A stretch of 64,000 bases of DNA. It comes from Sphaeroforma arctica JP610 (taxonomy: Eukaryota). Position 1 is the first letter of the stretch. Every line of letters begins with the position of its first letter. The DNA lies in contig NW_014040521.1 of the NCBI RefSeq assembly GCF_001186125.1, positions 110,671-174,670 on the forward strand. Reading direction: 5' to 3'. Both the position numbers and the translations under genes were made by a program. The notes beneath the pieces were generated by a model, which was not told where the DNA came from, ran no database searches, and saw only the letters and a program-made list of their open reading frames with translations. This document shows, piece after piece, positions 14,321 through 28,123 of the stretch.

Positions 14321-15363
14321 TCTAAATGTATATTACATGTTTTTCGTTGATGTTGTTTGATGGGCACGTTTCCTCTGGCAGTTTTGCGCCTTTAAAAACT
14401 AAAAGTGTGAGTGACCTTTTTGTGCGAGTATGAACGTATGGGCACGTCACTACTAGTCAGTCTGTGAGTTCACCTAGTTGTGTGGCCAGAAACTTGCGTG
14501 CTTGAGTGTTAGCTGGCGTTGTTCGATTCTTCAAGGTGTCTCGTCTGCTAAATGTAGCAGAGTATTCTACTTTGCGTTGGATTTATTCACATACAACTTT
14601 CCTTGAGATCAGATGGAAACGGGACACGACCTTACAATTAAGTTTGCATGGAATATCAGTTGCACCGAATGTGTGTCTATATGAGGGTTTGACTGTGCAG
14701 GAGCTATATATGTGTATGTACAAATGTCATTATACAAGATATGTATATACCTCTGTATTGATTAATTCACTAACGACCTTTAATCGAAGCTACGTTGTGA
14801 AAACAGAGTTTTCATTTAGATACTCCTTGCACTTATTTGTCTCTAATATATTTCTATGAAGGGCCCATATATTTAACTCCTTCCGTTGCTGACGGTATTA
14901 TAAACGCTCACCCTGGTCTCTAACGTTTGTTTGGGTATCGGGCGGTTAGCGTGGTGGCGCACCTGGCTGTGTGTGCGACTCGTTAAGATCTGCAGACAAA
15001 CTAAAGCCACACATCATTTTGCAGCCATGGTGTGCATATACACACCTAGGGTTGTATACTAAGGAAGAGGCTTTTGCCGGTGCTGTTCGTGTTGTGCATG
15101 GGCACCATCTTTAAGCATTGATACTTTGCGCCATGGCGGAGAGTTGAGAGCACACAATTAAGCGACACCAAAGTACATCCGTATGGCCAAGTTGCCACTA
15201 TTGATAAACCCACCATCGGTAGCAGACGCATCCTCGATTGTGGTTGGATCCGTACTGAATCCCACCGACCCTCCGTTTACTCGCAGTTTGTTGATAGTTC
15301 CTATCTGAGATACATCTAGCGGTGCCTCTATTCATTGCACACAGAAGTGTGTTTCCTCTCTGT

Positions 15364-15551
15364 TTTAGGGCCAATTTGCCACCGGTGACCGTGTCTGTGG
15401 TTTTAGGGCCAATTTGCCCCCCGGTGACCGTGTCTGTGGTTTGAGGGCCAATTTGCCCCGGTGACCGTGTCTGTGGTTTGAGGGCCAATTTGCCCCGGTG
15501 ACCGTGTCTGTGGTTTGAGGGCCAATTTGCCCCGGTAACCGTGTCTGTGGT
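15364..15551. repeat. Minisatellite, ~5 copies of ~37-39 bp (agggccaatttgccccggtgaccgtgtctgtggtttg)
   Basis: Near-identical head-to-tail copies with no spacers. Confidence 0.95.
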
Positions 15552-15844
15552 AGCATAGCCCATGTTATTATCACGAGATCAACTTCCACGCCATCTCTCA
15601 CGACTCTCCTGGCCACATATGTAAGCTCCAGTTCAGCTGTGCCTGCGCCCACTGCCACTGCCAGTGGCGTATTAGGGTCGACTGTGATAGCACTACCCAA
15701 TGTAACATCCCTGTGCGATCGGATCGTACCAACCTTCGGGTTGGCCATCTCTCCTTTCAAGATCACTTGCGATTGTGTATCGTCTGCCTGGGTGTTATCG
15801 CTCAGAGACATGTCACGGTGAATCCGACACCATAGCTATGGTGA

Positions 15845-18800
15845 CTAGACAATCCGCAAATATCCGGTGAATACCAATATGCTTACCAATGTTTCCGCCA
15901 AATCCTTCGCAAGAGCGAGCTCGGCGTTTGTAGTCGTAACCGGGACATCGGTTCTTAATAAGGCTCCAAATGTGGTGGGGCAAATTTTCTCAGTTGACAT
16001 GTTCATCAGGCATGACATAATGGAGTATGCCTCGTGGGGCACGAAGATGGCTCTACAGTAATCAGAAGCAAGGTTGTCTTTTGTGTAACCGGAGTTAACG
16101 GTCCATTTCGTTCCGGAAGCCTGTATTGATTATGTTCATTCAATAAACCGATAAACGAACTGTGCTTTGTTCTCGTAGTGCTTTCGGAGGGATTTGTGAT
16201 GGTCACTCAGGAGCACACGAACACTGTCTACAATATAATCGCTGAAATCGAATTTAAACTTGCATGACAGCGTAAACGACCCCCGAAATTAAAGGTGTAT
16301 TGTGTGTTTTGGCACTTACCGATGAGGATTCCATGACTAGGTCGCACAACGGGTTGCGGATGAAAGACGATGAACTTATATTCGGGTACCTCTCGCGCAC
16401 AGCTTGCCCCTCGGTTATGGCTTGCTGCATCTCTCGATCTGATCATATTGAATGCAGCGGTCATTGAGCATTTTGGTCAATCACTATTTGCGTCCAATGC
16501 ATATCATCGGGCAATTGTCAGTGAAATGATTGCTCGGAATAGTAGCGACTTCAATATATAAGTAGAGACGTAAGTGTATTTCGTTTCTCATGCCCACCCT
16601 AGCATATCCGATAGTGTGCGGCCTTCTCATACATGGCTAGGGGTCCGGGTGTGCCGTGGACAGCGTGAGCAAAAATTGTGTTAACAATCCAAAACAATTC
16701 GATTGCATGCGAAGATTCCTCGTGATACACGGAGGTTGTAGTCTGAGCTTCGCATAAGACCATTTCGCATACATATATCACATGCGCTAAATCACGTACC
16801 TTCATCGCCTATCTCAGCGTGTACCCTGAACAAACTGATTTTCGAGTCACCTTCGTCGCTGACGCTATATTTCAAAAAAATATACTGCGATGAGTATGAT
16901 TCGGTAAGCAATATTATTTTTATCAGTATTGTAGTGTCAGTGAGTGCAATGGCCTCTAGGAAGGACTACTTCCAACCTGGGGCTGAGAGTGGTCGTGAAA
17001 CACGATCTATAGAAGTGAATCCTTGTACAATTGATTCCTCAGGCATAGTTATACCTATCAATACGCCAAAATGAAAGCAAACGTAAGCAGAGCATCGCAG
17101 GAAAGTAGTCTGCGACTGCGCAGGATAGACACTTACGCGTTGCTGTCCAAAATAGCCGGAGGTAAGAAATCGTCCGCCGTCAGTCTGCTCACAGTATCTT
17201 TGAGCTTCTCCAACAACCCATTGAGGGTCTCTCGAGCCTTTTTTGGATTCATATCTTGTATTCTGCCTCTCCAACCCGCATTTTTCCATAACAGAGGCTG
17301 TAGACGACTTGCAAACAAGTCCGCCCACCTCCTACCTGAGTATTTTATAGGCTGAGTAAGACACATGCTTCTGTAACTGCGAGGACAGGGTATGCAAGCA
17401 GTACAAATGCAACAACGGAGATATAGTACGGCCATGTGCGTGTTCATTTGCTACTACATACGCATGAACATACACATGCATGTATGTCTATCGAGACAGA
17501 TTCCGATTAGGAAGGCAACTGTCAAAAGCATCCGTGAGTACACAGTGACCGTTTAGACAAGCAAAGCTGTCTGCTCATGAGTGAGCTTGCAGAATAGAGT
17601 TTTTAAATCACAAATACATACAGTGTAGAATGCAGGTAAACTGCCCAGTCAGCACACTGGCACATCGTATACTTTCTGTCGAGGCGTGTCAGACCAAAAA
17701 TCTCTATGGGCTTCCGACTCGGCCTAATTATCACAACACGACCCCCTTACACTAACCTTACTATCGAAAGCGAAGCTCGTGGAGAATGACCACGCCACCG
17801 AAGCCACCGAAAACGTACACAAATGTGATTTTATATCCATAACAGCTAGTGGTGTACATATATATGTGTAGACCGCCACCCGAGTGCAGGTATTGAGAGG
17901 TAATTCAGTATAGGATCTCAAGCATATTACATTCCGAAGATCATATGCATACAGAAAGACGACATAGGCCGTGCACTCTACGTTGACCAGCCTGTTATCC
18001 GTTTAAAATGAAACACGTCAGAAAACTCGAATGCATTTACACTTTAGCACCATAAGTCGAACAGATATTTCATGTCCTTGCACATTGCACACCCCTTACC
18101 ATCTACGCTGAAATTCATGGAGAGTGATCCCCCATCCTCATTCTCGCATTGCACGCGATGCCACATCCCAGCCGGCGCATATAGTATTGAACCAGGTCTC
18201 AATACGAAGGTGTATATATCATCAATGCCTTCTTTGGGTGCGGTCGGTCGCGTTCCTGTCATGTGTCAATCAGGAAAATAACTGTCAATTCCATTCTGTG
18301 GATACTGGTCAAACGAACTAATATGCATAGCAGAACAAAGTGGAGTGTGACTCGACCCGAAGATCGGATAAATACAAATTCTGTAAATTAGTACTATTTG
18401 AGAACCCCTCTTGTGGAGGTAGCAGCGGCACGATAATTTTGCGCAACAACGACATGATCTGCATGGATTGCATGCTGGCCTAGCTAACATAAGTGCGCCT
18501 GAGCAAACTGATTCAGATATAGGCTGAAAGTGATTGGGTCACTGAGTTAGGTCTGCATCAGCAACTACGCAGCATACCAGTATATCCACTGTGCGTCTTG
18601 TAGTCGTTATATACTGCCTCTATATTCGTTGAGTCGGGGTGGAGATTCGTGACGATATCCTTCAGGTCGCTCTTGCAGACTGACCATCGCTTTGTTCCCC
18701 TCAATTGGATAGTGAAATTTTCTGGAACGTAGGTTGAGAGAACACGGTAAGTAACTATGTGTAGATACAAGTAGAACTGATAGCTGATTCGCCAATACCA

Positions 18801-21744
18801 AACGAATTGAAGGGACTGTACATAGTATTACAAATCGTTACTCTCATAGCTGCGCTTGTCGGATTATGCATCGCTTCCCAAAAATAATACGAGTACAGAC
18901 ATGTACTTGTAGTTTTCTTCTCGTATCCACAACTCAACAAAACTATTTATCAAGCTGAAAGTAATCTCCATATCATAAGTAGAGATGCTGAGCGGCAGAT
19001 CGGGTGGTGTGCGAACAGTATAGCACTGATAGCTAGCACGAGAGTAAGATGTGCCATTGCAAATGATAAGCCAAGGAACAAGAGATGGATGATACACCAC
19101 CAGAACGTACACAGAAAAAATACTGAGTACACGAACCGCATGTGGTGCAGACCAATCCCCAATAGATGAATGATACACCCCCAGAACATACACAAAAAAC
19201 CTGAGTACACGAACCGCATGTGCTGTAGACCAATCTCCAATAGACGAATGATACACCACCAGAACATACACAAAAAACCTGAGTACACGAACCGCATGTG
19301 GTGTAGACCAACCTCCAATAGACGAATGATACACCACCAGAACATACACACAAAACATGAGTACGCGAACCGCATGTGGTGTAAACCAATCTCCAATAGA
19401 TGAATGATACACCACCAGAACATACACAAAAAACCTGAGTACACGAACCACATATGGTGTAAACCAATTTCCAATAGATGAATGATACACTACCAGAACA
19501 TACACAAAACACCTGAGTACACGAACCGCATGTGGTGAGACCAATCTCTACACACCTACCTTGCGCATCGAAGTGCCATGGTGTGTCGTGTGCGCGATCT
19601 ACCGCAAATATCTCGATGTCGCCGCCAAAATCATCCACTCTGTTCATGCCGAAGTCGATACACTTCATGCCGAGACTGTCTGTAAGCGCGTCGAAATATT
19701 TTCTCTGTATGGCCCAAAGAACAATGAAAATGGTCATAGCCGTCAATATGATTAGAACGTGCGTATGTGTACGAGCTCTTGAAACGTCGAGACGCGTGGG
19801 TGCTCAAACTTCCCCAAGATAACTCAAACCTTATAACTAGATTAAACAAAAGTAAAGCACTCACGATTGCCAGCACCGTCACAGCCTTACCACGGAGCCC
19901 AATTACCTAGCATAGCTCTGTCCTTATAGTTAGATATTAGTTACAATGTACTATGTATGTTGTAAAAACCGTCAGTAAAAAGGCAAACCTTGAATACTTA
20001 CCTGTACATCTAAAGATGGATTGAAGTACAGAGTGTGGCCAGCTCTGTAGCAGTTTATGGCGATATCAGGCCCTGCATCTATGTACTGCATCTTACCCTG
20101 CTTGGTTTTCATCCACACAACAACACGGGATGCCTCTTGCACCATCTCCTCAACATCTAAATCGTGGAAGTCCTGATAGGTAGCATGATAGACAGCTAGT
20201 AAGAATTTGTGGGAAAGCTTCCCATCAAACCAAAAATAGCTCGTATACACTGAAGTAAACATCTAGATTGTGCATACTGGCCATACATTTACATTTAATT
20301 GCTTATAAGAGAAGTACTCAATGACTAAACACGTGTCTTCTTCGCACTGCATTATATCTAGAGCAAACAACCAACACGTGCAACGATACCAGGCTTAGTT
20401 AAACTTCACAAATAAATCCCGCGAGTGATCTTACCTTGCGTAGCTCTTCTAATCGCTGACCCGTACCATGGACTACCAGTGCCTTTTGTTGAAAGACGTT
20501 CTTCATGAATGTATCCGCAGATAGAGGCCAAACGAAGCACTCCAGTCCTGGTTCTAACAAACTAGGTGTGTTACTGTAGGGCAGGTCATAGCCTAGTACA
20601 CACGAGGCCTTCAGCCACGTTGAATCGTAGTGTCTGTATTGTTATTGTGCAGTATTGAATATATTCCGAGTTCAGTCATTCAAAATAAAAGAATCCCCTT
20701 TCATTTCTATTTGAGAGAGCAACCGCATATCACAACAAATAGAGACGTGCATATGAACGATGAGTAGGGCAGATATACATACTAAAACTTTTATCGCAGT
20801 TTGATGGAAGAATAAGAGTATATTTTGAACTTTTGAGTGTATGGCATGCCGAATATAAGTAGAGTAGGATACTGATCAGATACAAGTACACAACTACGTG
20901 ACCAATAGTATGCATCTACAAGGACTAATTTTACACTTCTACTATCTTAGCGAGGGTTCTTCCTTCGGGGTATTCGTATTGAGGTCAGGTTGCCAGCGCA
21001 TTGGATCAAACGTGACCACGACCCATATCAATAAAATATAGTCCCACAGATGGGACATACATTAAATACGATATATATTTGAGTTCGCACATAAGTGCAG
21101 ATAATCAACAATAACCGAAACAAACCAAATATCCGATTGTATACGCGTACATACAATATGCTGTCGGTGTTTGTGACAGTGTCATTCTTCAGAGTCTGTG
21201 ACTTCTCATCTGTCCTGCTCCTCACTAATCGCACCACCGATGGCGGTACGAAATACTCCCGGCCTACATGACCCTCTGGTCCAACTATGTCTACATTAGA
21301 AGAATCCGTAACACATAAGCTAAAATCAGAGCTCTTCTCCCATATTATGTTATAATATCGCTCCTTGACTACTTTTCCAGTCATTCCGGGTGCCCAGTGA
21401 TCACGCACAGCTATGCATGCAATTGAAGAACGTAAAACGGGCTCATCATTACGGACTACGCCTTTCTGTGCGTTTGTGCATTCAGACAAATGCTCGTGTG
21501 TATTTGCTACATTGTCGGTATTCTTATCTAAATTCAATAGAGTATGCACAGGTTCACTTTCTTCATTCCTTTCTGCAACATCAGCTCCATCGTAGTCATC
21601 CCCTCCGCCGAAACCGAATGCGAATGCACCTGATTGCTTTTCCTTGTACACTGAGGCAATGGTGGCAGTGTTCCTAGTACGCTTTGTAGCAGCTTCGGGC
21701 GCGATTTCTTCACCTTCACGTTTATATACCGGTGTAGACGACAT
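15845..21744 (-). CDS. JmjC/cupin 2-oxoglutarate oxygenase, ROXA/NO66/MINA53 (RIOX)-like, multi-exon
   Basis: Exons give CYRAGHTLYFNP, IEIFA...TPWHFDAQ|ENFTIQLRGTKRWSV (HxD), FVLRPGSILYAPAGMWHRV...SLSMNFS (distal His), a helical region RWADLFASRLQPLLWKNAGWR, and a C-terminus LAETLVSILVFTGYLRIV* resembling the winged-helix end of ribosomal oxygenases. Subfamily is inferred. Confidence 0.8.
19082..19548. repeat. Six tandem 78-bp repeats in a JmjC intron
   Basis: Anchor gaacc(g/a)ca recurs at 19133, 19211, 19289, 19367, 19445 and 19523 (period 78). Confidence 0.95.
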
Positions 21745-22234
21745 GGTGTCGCACTGTCTAAGTTGTATGTACGTATGTATTTATATAGACATAGAAATAT
21801 ATCCGGATGACACAGCTTAAATATATATATATATATATAAATGAATATATATTTACATCGCTTATCAGTGATACATGTGCCGGAACCCGATTTGGGTCAA
21901 ATCAATATTTGGCGGGAATGCCAAGTCAGAGGTTTCCCAGGGCCACAAGTTCCCTATTCGATTTATATTGTCACAATAGACCTCCTTGAAGGCGGGGAAG
22001 CTCTCTCTAGACTGGCGAGATATGGTGTCAATGTATTACATATAGGTGCATGCACTAGCCTTGTTTAATGATCATATTGTATATAGGTATGTGCACATAG
22101 CTTGAATTCTAGTTATCATACTAAGTGGTCGAGGGGAGGTCACATCAACGGACCGCCGGTCAGTCAGATGTTAAGTTAAAGAATAAATTTGTGAGTACCA
22201 ACGACTACATACTACCCTAAACTTGACCGACACC

Positions 22235-25200
22235 ATGCGTCCTCAAATATTACAAGAGCTGTGGGTCTCTAGCTTAGACAGAGATTCGTTGGAAGATATT
22301 CATGATTGGGTAACATTTGTGGTGCAAGTAACTCCTGCGGAAGATGTTGATCGTCTACAGGTACCGCCAGCGCTCATAAAGATCATCCGGTATGTGGCGT
22401 GAGATGTGCCTGTGGTTAATTCTGGCAGTTTAGGATTCAAGGTTAGTACTATATGTTCGTATTTGTTTATTTTTTGTAGAAAGCTACTCTGTATTTTACC
22501 TTGTATACTTGCGGTCGAATTGCTGGTGCGTACTTAAACTAGTTTTGACAAATGGAAGTTATAGTCCTCCGTCACTAACAATACTGCATCAATACTACTC
22601 AACTCTTGAGCACCGTGTGACATTCCCACTCGTATCATGATCTCAATCGAGTATATACATGTACATATAGTATATCTGTCCTTGAATAGATGCAGAATTT
22701 CAAATGCTACCACAGCTGTATTGGTGATCTGGCGGTAAGCTTCCGATCGAATTTATTTCGCTGTCACAAACTTACTAACTTCATTGCCTGCTCCAGTCTG
22801 AAACGTGTACACACTTCATGGATATCTGCAAATTTTTTATATGCTTGTCTGGGATTTCTTGACCGATATCAATGAACTCTCTTTAAGCTACAGCAGGCAG
22901 GCATGTAGTTTTATATCGATAATTTGGAAAGAGAGTGCCACGCAATTCCGTAGCATAGGAAACCGTTAATCCAGAATCCAATGTTTGATTGGCTCGGAGG
23001 TACACGAAGTAGTGTAATGCCACAGTGTTACTGTAAAATTTCCTTCAATTTTGTAGGTAGTTCAAATACCTAGGTGTACTGTCAGTTTTTGTGTACACGT
23101 GTATACAGTGAGTTTTTATTTATTTGCATAGGTATACTGTGAGTTTAATTATTCACATAGGTTTATTGTGAGTTTTAATATTAACATAGGTATACTGTGA
23201 GTTTAACTATTTACTTAGGACTGTGAGTTTCAATTATTTACATCTGTATTATGTGAGCTTTAGTTATATACGTAGTTATACTGTGAGCTCTACTAATGTA
23301 CATAGGTGTACTATGAGTGCTAGTTATATAGATATACCTTGTGTGTAGCTATTCATCAAATAATAAGTGTGAGATTTCGCGAGTTTTTTATTCTCGCTAA
23401 ACGTTTGTTGACTTCCCTTCCTTTGGATATGCGGAGAATACCACAAACCAACAACCGTTGCACATCCGCACACGTAGCTATCTCAATGTGTATACACACA
23501 TTCACGGATTTTATCTGCACCGCTGCAGTGCACCTGCGAATGAGTACGTGGGCTCGCATAAGCGTTTGTAAGGTTTCTAAAGATCTGATGGACAAGACTT
23601 TTTGTTGCTTTCCTAAATGACGCGCTGCACATACTCAACCCCTTCCTTGTAACTTCTTCAGTTCAGATCGAGGCTACCAGAAAACAGTCCAGAAACTCAA
23701 ACAAATCAACCAGACTCATGGTCAAAAGGATGATCAATCGGCACTCGACATGTGCAATCGGGGCAATGATGAATTCCGTGCCAAGCGCTTCAAAGAATCC
23801 ATTTGGTGCTACACACAGGTACAGTTCCTGATTATCAGTTTTACCAAATCTTCAATATAGCTCCAGTCTCGGAATTTTAATTATCATACACCGTTGTGCT
23901 TATATAGTGCTAGTTGAAAGATGTTTTATACTACACGCAACATATGGGCATGCCAAATACTTTCGTTGCTCTCGTATTTTGTTTTTCACTAGGGATTGCA
24001 ACTTGCGACTTTCAAGTCAGCGACACTCGCGAAATGTTATGGAAACCGATCAGCCGCCTATCTGCATTCCGAGGCGTACATTGAGTGCTTGTGGGATATC
24101 GAAGTATGTGTTTGATGTGCCTGCCCTTTCGACCCATACAGACCTGATGTTTGGTGCTCGATTGTATTGGTCTGTACATACTGATCACCTCCCATCAATC
24201 CTCATTCGTACCGAATGCTTGTGGGATACCGACGTGTGCTGTATTATGCATAACGACATATTTTTTCCGCTTTGGCTATACTTTCATGTAAAGGGTTGAT
24301 TCGAGTACACTCACCTGGAATATTCTCGCCTCTCCTTTTTGTTTATAGAGTGCACTACGACTCGACCAGTGCAAAACCCATGTAAAGCTTCTCAAGCGCT
24401 TTCTACGTACTGCTGATGAAGGGAAGCTCTCGATCAGAAGTGACCTATGGACAAGTTTGTCGCGCGCACCCATCGACGGTAAAATCTAGTTGATGTTCGC
24501 ACCTGAGGCTTGTTTAAAAGGCAATGTATCCGCACACTACTAGAAAGTCGGCGTTAGGAACATGTAACAGTGGATGTGCTCAAACAATTTCTTATGGTTT
24601 TCTACAACGATCAGATGACGACGTGCGAGCTGCCGTTGATGCTGCACTCTCATGGATTGACTCAACTTTGCCGAAGCTAGTCACATCCTCGGCTGCAAGT
24701 GCTGCGCTGGACAATCTTATGTGTCAAAATGAGCCGATGAATGCATCAAGCAACCCCATCCGCCTTACCAACGTACTCGCAGATAGTATTCACGTACTGA
24801 CCATGGAGGATGGCAGTGGCAGAGGTGTATATGTTCAGGATGCAGTGAGCGCCGGTGAGCGCATAATCAGGGATGAAGATCCTCTCGTTGTAACCAATCC
24901 GCACACAGTCGCCGCTAGTTCTGTGAATGACATGAATCGTATACGGTGTGTCATGTGTTCGAAACGATGTACTAAGCGCAGATCTGTGAAAGGTGGCAAA
25001 GACCAGGCACCATCAGCGAACGTGCACTACTCTGTGGGATGTCTAACGTGTGCGTTGTGTGTCTACTGTTCAAAGAGATGCCAATACCAGACCCAGCGGA
25101 GGCTAATATCGCCGGAGTTAAATGCTCATACAGCCGTAAACCCCACTTCGCCCAGGAAGCAAGTTGCAACCACGAATGCAAGTGACAGATTGGAGGCTGT

Positions 25201-27241
25201 TGCAGATACAGATTCGGAACCCGTTGCTTGTGTTTTATCTGGGCTCCAACATGCCTCTATCCTCAGCACACAAGCACGGCAAGCCCTGCAAATGTGCAGC
25301 TATCCTCAGCAACATGCCCAGCCGTGTGGTTATCTCTCCAGTGATCAATCCCTGGGGTCTCATACTGCGACGCGAACGGGGCACTTGGCCACAGGAAACT
25401 TGAAAGCTCAAGCATTGTGTACCAATGCGACTACCTTGACTTATTCCTTTGTGTCGGAATGTCTTGCGACTGCTGTGTTATTGAACGATGCCTATGGCGT
25501 GGGGGTAGAAGAGGTGTGGCATCACATGCTAAGAGTGAAATGTAATAGCGTTGTATTTACAGACATGACATCGACACCGTCGGCGAAGAAAATTAACAGA
25601 AATATCGGTAGTGATATGAGAGGAGGAAGCGCAGAATCACGAGGGTTGGTCTTGTTTGCGACCATTAGTATGGTAAATCACTCGTGTGACCCAAATGCTA
25701 TTGTACAACTAAATACCGATGCAGACCCGGGAGTTCTTGCTAGTCTGTACGTAACCCAGCCTCTAGCTCAGGGAGATCAGGTACGATTTTTATTTTGACA
25801 AACGTGCCAAACGCGATAGTTAAGAAAAATCGTGTTTCAATGATGTTCAGCATATTGTCTCGCGCTGGCGATTTTCTCAATGCATGCTTTCAACTTCGCG
25901 CTCGTAAAAGTATTCTATATTGCCGTCCGTAGTTTAGTTGACACGCGTGCAGTACAATTGTTTGTCTTCATTTATAGCCGTGGACGGGGTCGGAGTCATA
26001 TCCCACACGCGCATAGTAGTGTAGAGCGTATTCAAATACCAGTGATCCGTGCATGACCAAAGTTTATTTTTGCTTTTGCACCTTCAAAGATCACTATCTG
26101 CTATGGACCGCAAGTGGGACGGCACTCGCTAGGAGAGAGAAAAGTTATGCTCAAGGATCAATACGGCTTCGATTGTCATTGCATGGCTTGTAAACGCGAA
26201 GAAATCGCCATCTCCCAGCGCTACTCGGTATTCGTGTGCAAGAAGGCCGTTCCTTATGTCGAGGCCTATATCCTTCGCAAACTCGTCCCCGAATCAGTGC
26301 GCGATTGTCTGTCGCATCCGTTGCGTCTGGAGAGTGCTACCGCGCTGGTCTGCGACGGTTGTCATAGCAAATATGCAGCAGCCGAATATGAGAACGTGAG
26401 TGTGTTGGTTGATTTTTGAATGCATTTCTGTCAAACACATTTGATTTCATACAAATGTACCTTTCTCTATTTCGTTAACTGACAATCTTTCAGGATGTTT
26501 CAGTGCTGTCTAACTTGCGATGTTGTCACACCTCTAAATCAAGTACAACCCCACTTGCTATATGTGCATGTCAAAAGGCTTTGGCAAGTATCACCTCCCA
26601 CATGACGACGGCTACCGACAGTATTCAACCCACTGTGAAGGAGCAATTTGAAGCCACACAAAGGGCTCTGTGTCAAAACATAGCTGTTCTTCATCCCATC
26701 ACGCTGCCCATTGGGTCGATGTATGACGACCTCGCGAGGCTGGCTATAGCGAATGGTGATGAAACAGCCGCTGGGCGCATGTGCGCGTTGAGTACCGGGA
26801 TCGTAGGTCGGGTATTCGGCACCTCCTCTATTGAGTATGCCCATGAATTGCATAAGCTCTCGAGTATATATTATCGATGGTATGTGCAGATAGTTTATGC
26901 TGTACTTATACGCAGTATATCTGTGCGTAATTTTACCCACCGCATACGATGAAGTCAACCCTTTTCCCGTTAAGATTCTCACTTTTTCGGCACATTTACA
27001 CCCCGGTAGTACACTCGCCACTTCCGCGATCTCACTACACTTATCTGCGTTGGACTTTTACATTACATTACTGGAGCATTTCTCAGTTTTTAATTTTAAA
27101 AACATTATCTCATTCGCTAGCGGCACAAACAGGAAAGATCTAGTGTGGATCCGTGCCAGTGCAGTGGCCATCTTCCGTGCGCATGGCGCACAGGAGTACA
27201 GCGAACAAACACAGGAACTGGAAGCCATGGTTGTAAGGTGA
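22235..27241 (+). CDS. SMYD4: TPR + split SET + MYND lysine methyltransferase, SMYD4-like
   Basis: TPR exons (NRGNDEFRAKRFKESIWCYTQ|GL...CYGNRSAAYL), SET-N GRGVYVQDAVSAGERII, MYND-like RCVMC...CLTCALCVYCSKRCQ, SMVNHSCDPNA, GDQ|ITICYGP...YGFDCHCMAC post-SET, and C-terminal helical VFGTSSIEYAHELHKL. Start codon inferred. Confidence 0.85.
23071..23335. repeat. Degenerate ~29-bp minisatellite (~9 units, taggtatactgtgagtttaattattcaca) in SMYD4-like intron 1
   Basis: Visible periodicity of taggt...gtgagt. Confidence 0.85.
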
Positions 27242-28123
27242 CCGAAGATTCTGTGTAGTTCTATGAGATTGCCTTGCACCAGCTTGGTCAGGTTCTGGAG
27301 CACTGCTCTATTACTAGCCGCAAATAGTATGCGAAACCACTCAGGATCAAGATCAAGGGCAGCGAAACGGACATCGCGGTTTGACCCGGTCTTAGAACTC
27401 AAGACGTCATTAGTGTCGCTTGCGGAAGGCTACTGTGTAGCTCGCAAAAGGGGGATGTGGCCTGTATATGTGTTTACATAACGAGTTAGTTAAATACCAC
27501 GCTGGGATATTGTTTGAGACATGATAAAGCAGGCAAATATATAACTAACTAGCACATTTTGGATTGAAATCACTGTTCTCTATCGAGGAGTGACTCTGAA
27601 CCACTTAGCACTCCTTACTAGAAATTCAACACGTTGGTATGTATGTCTCAGAAGGGATGATATTTGCCCACTCGTTTGGTATTTGCATACTACAAGTGTA
27701 CCTAGTTATCACATCTACTGGTCGGAATGAAAATACTTGATTGCGGTAGGATTGTCTGCTGACTCTACTCTACTGGAGACCTCTTCTGTAACCTATGGAT
27801 ATGGACTTGCCCCCCTGGGCCGAATCACTAAGATGCACGGCGGTGTAGCCGGACAAGGACAAAGATCGCCCCTTTTAGAATCCTGGGGTTTTCAAGTCCT
27901 ATTTTTTAGTAACCGGGCAGGGCTGGAACTGAAGCTAGGCTAATTTGCCTTCACACAAAAAGTAATCATCAAAAATTTAACCACGAAAATGGTGTCTGAT
28001 TTTAGAAGAAGGTTAAGTGGAAACCCTATTTTCTCTTTGATGCGGATAATATAAATCAATAATAAATATATTTATAAATGGCCTGTATTTCAAGGCATTA
28101 GTCTGTAGTCCTGACAGGAGACG

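Noticed and set aside
15364..15551. CRISPR-like array (also considered for 19.1-19.5, 23.1-23.3 and 62.0-62.2 kb)
   Set aside because: Units are contiguous with no unique spacers, the context is eukaryotic, and no cas genes are present.
15845..16870. Short ORFs first read as a possible endogenous viral remnant
   Set aside because: Better explained as 3' exons of the JmjC gene, with GT-AG boundaries and an LVFTGYL C-terminus.
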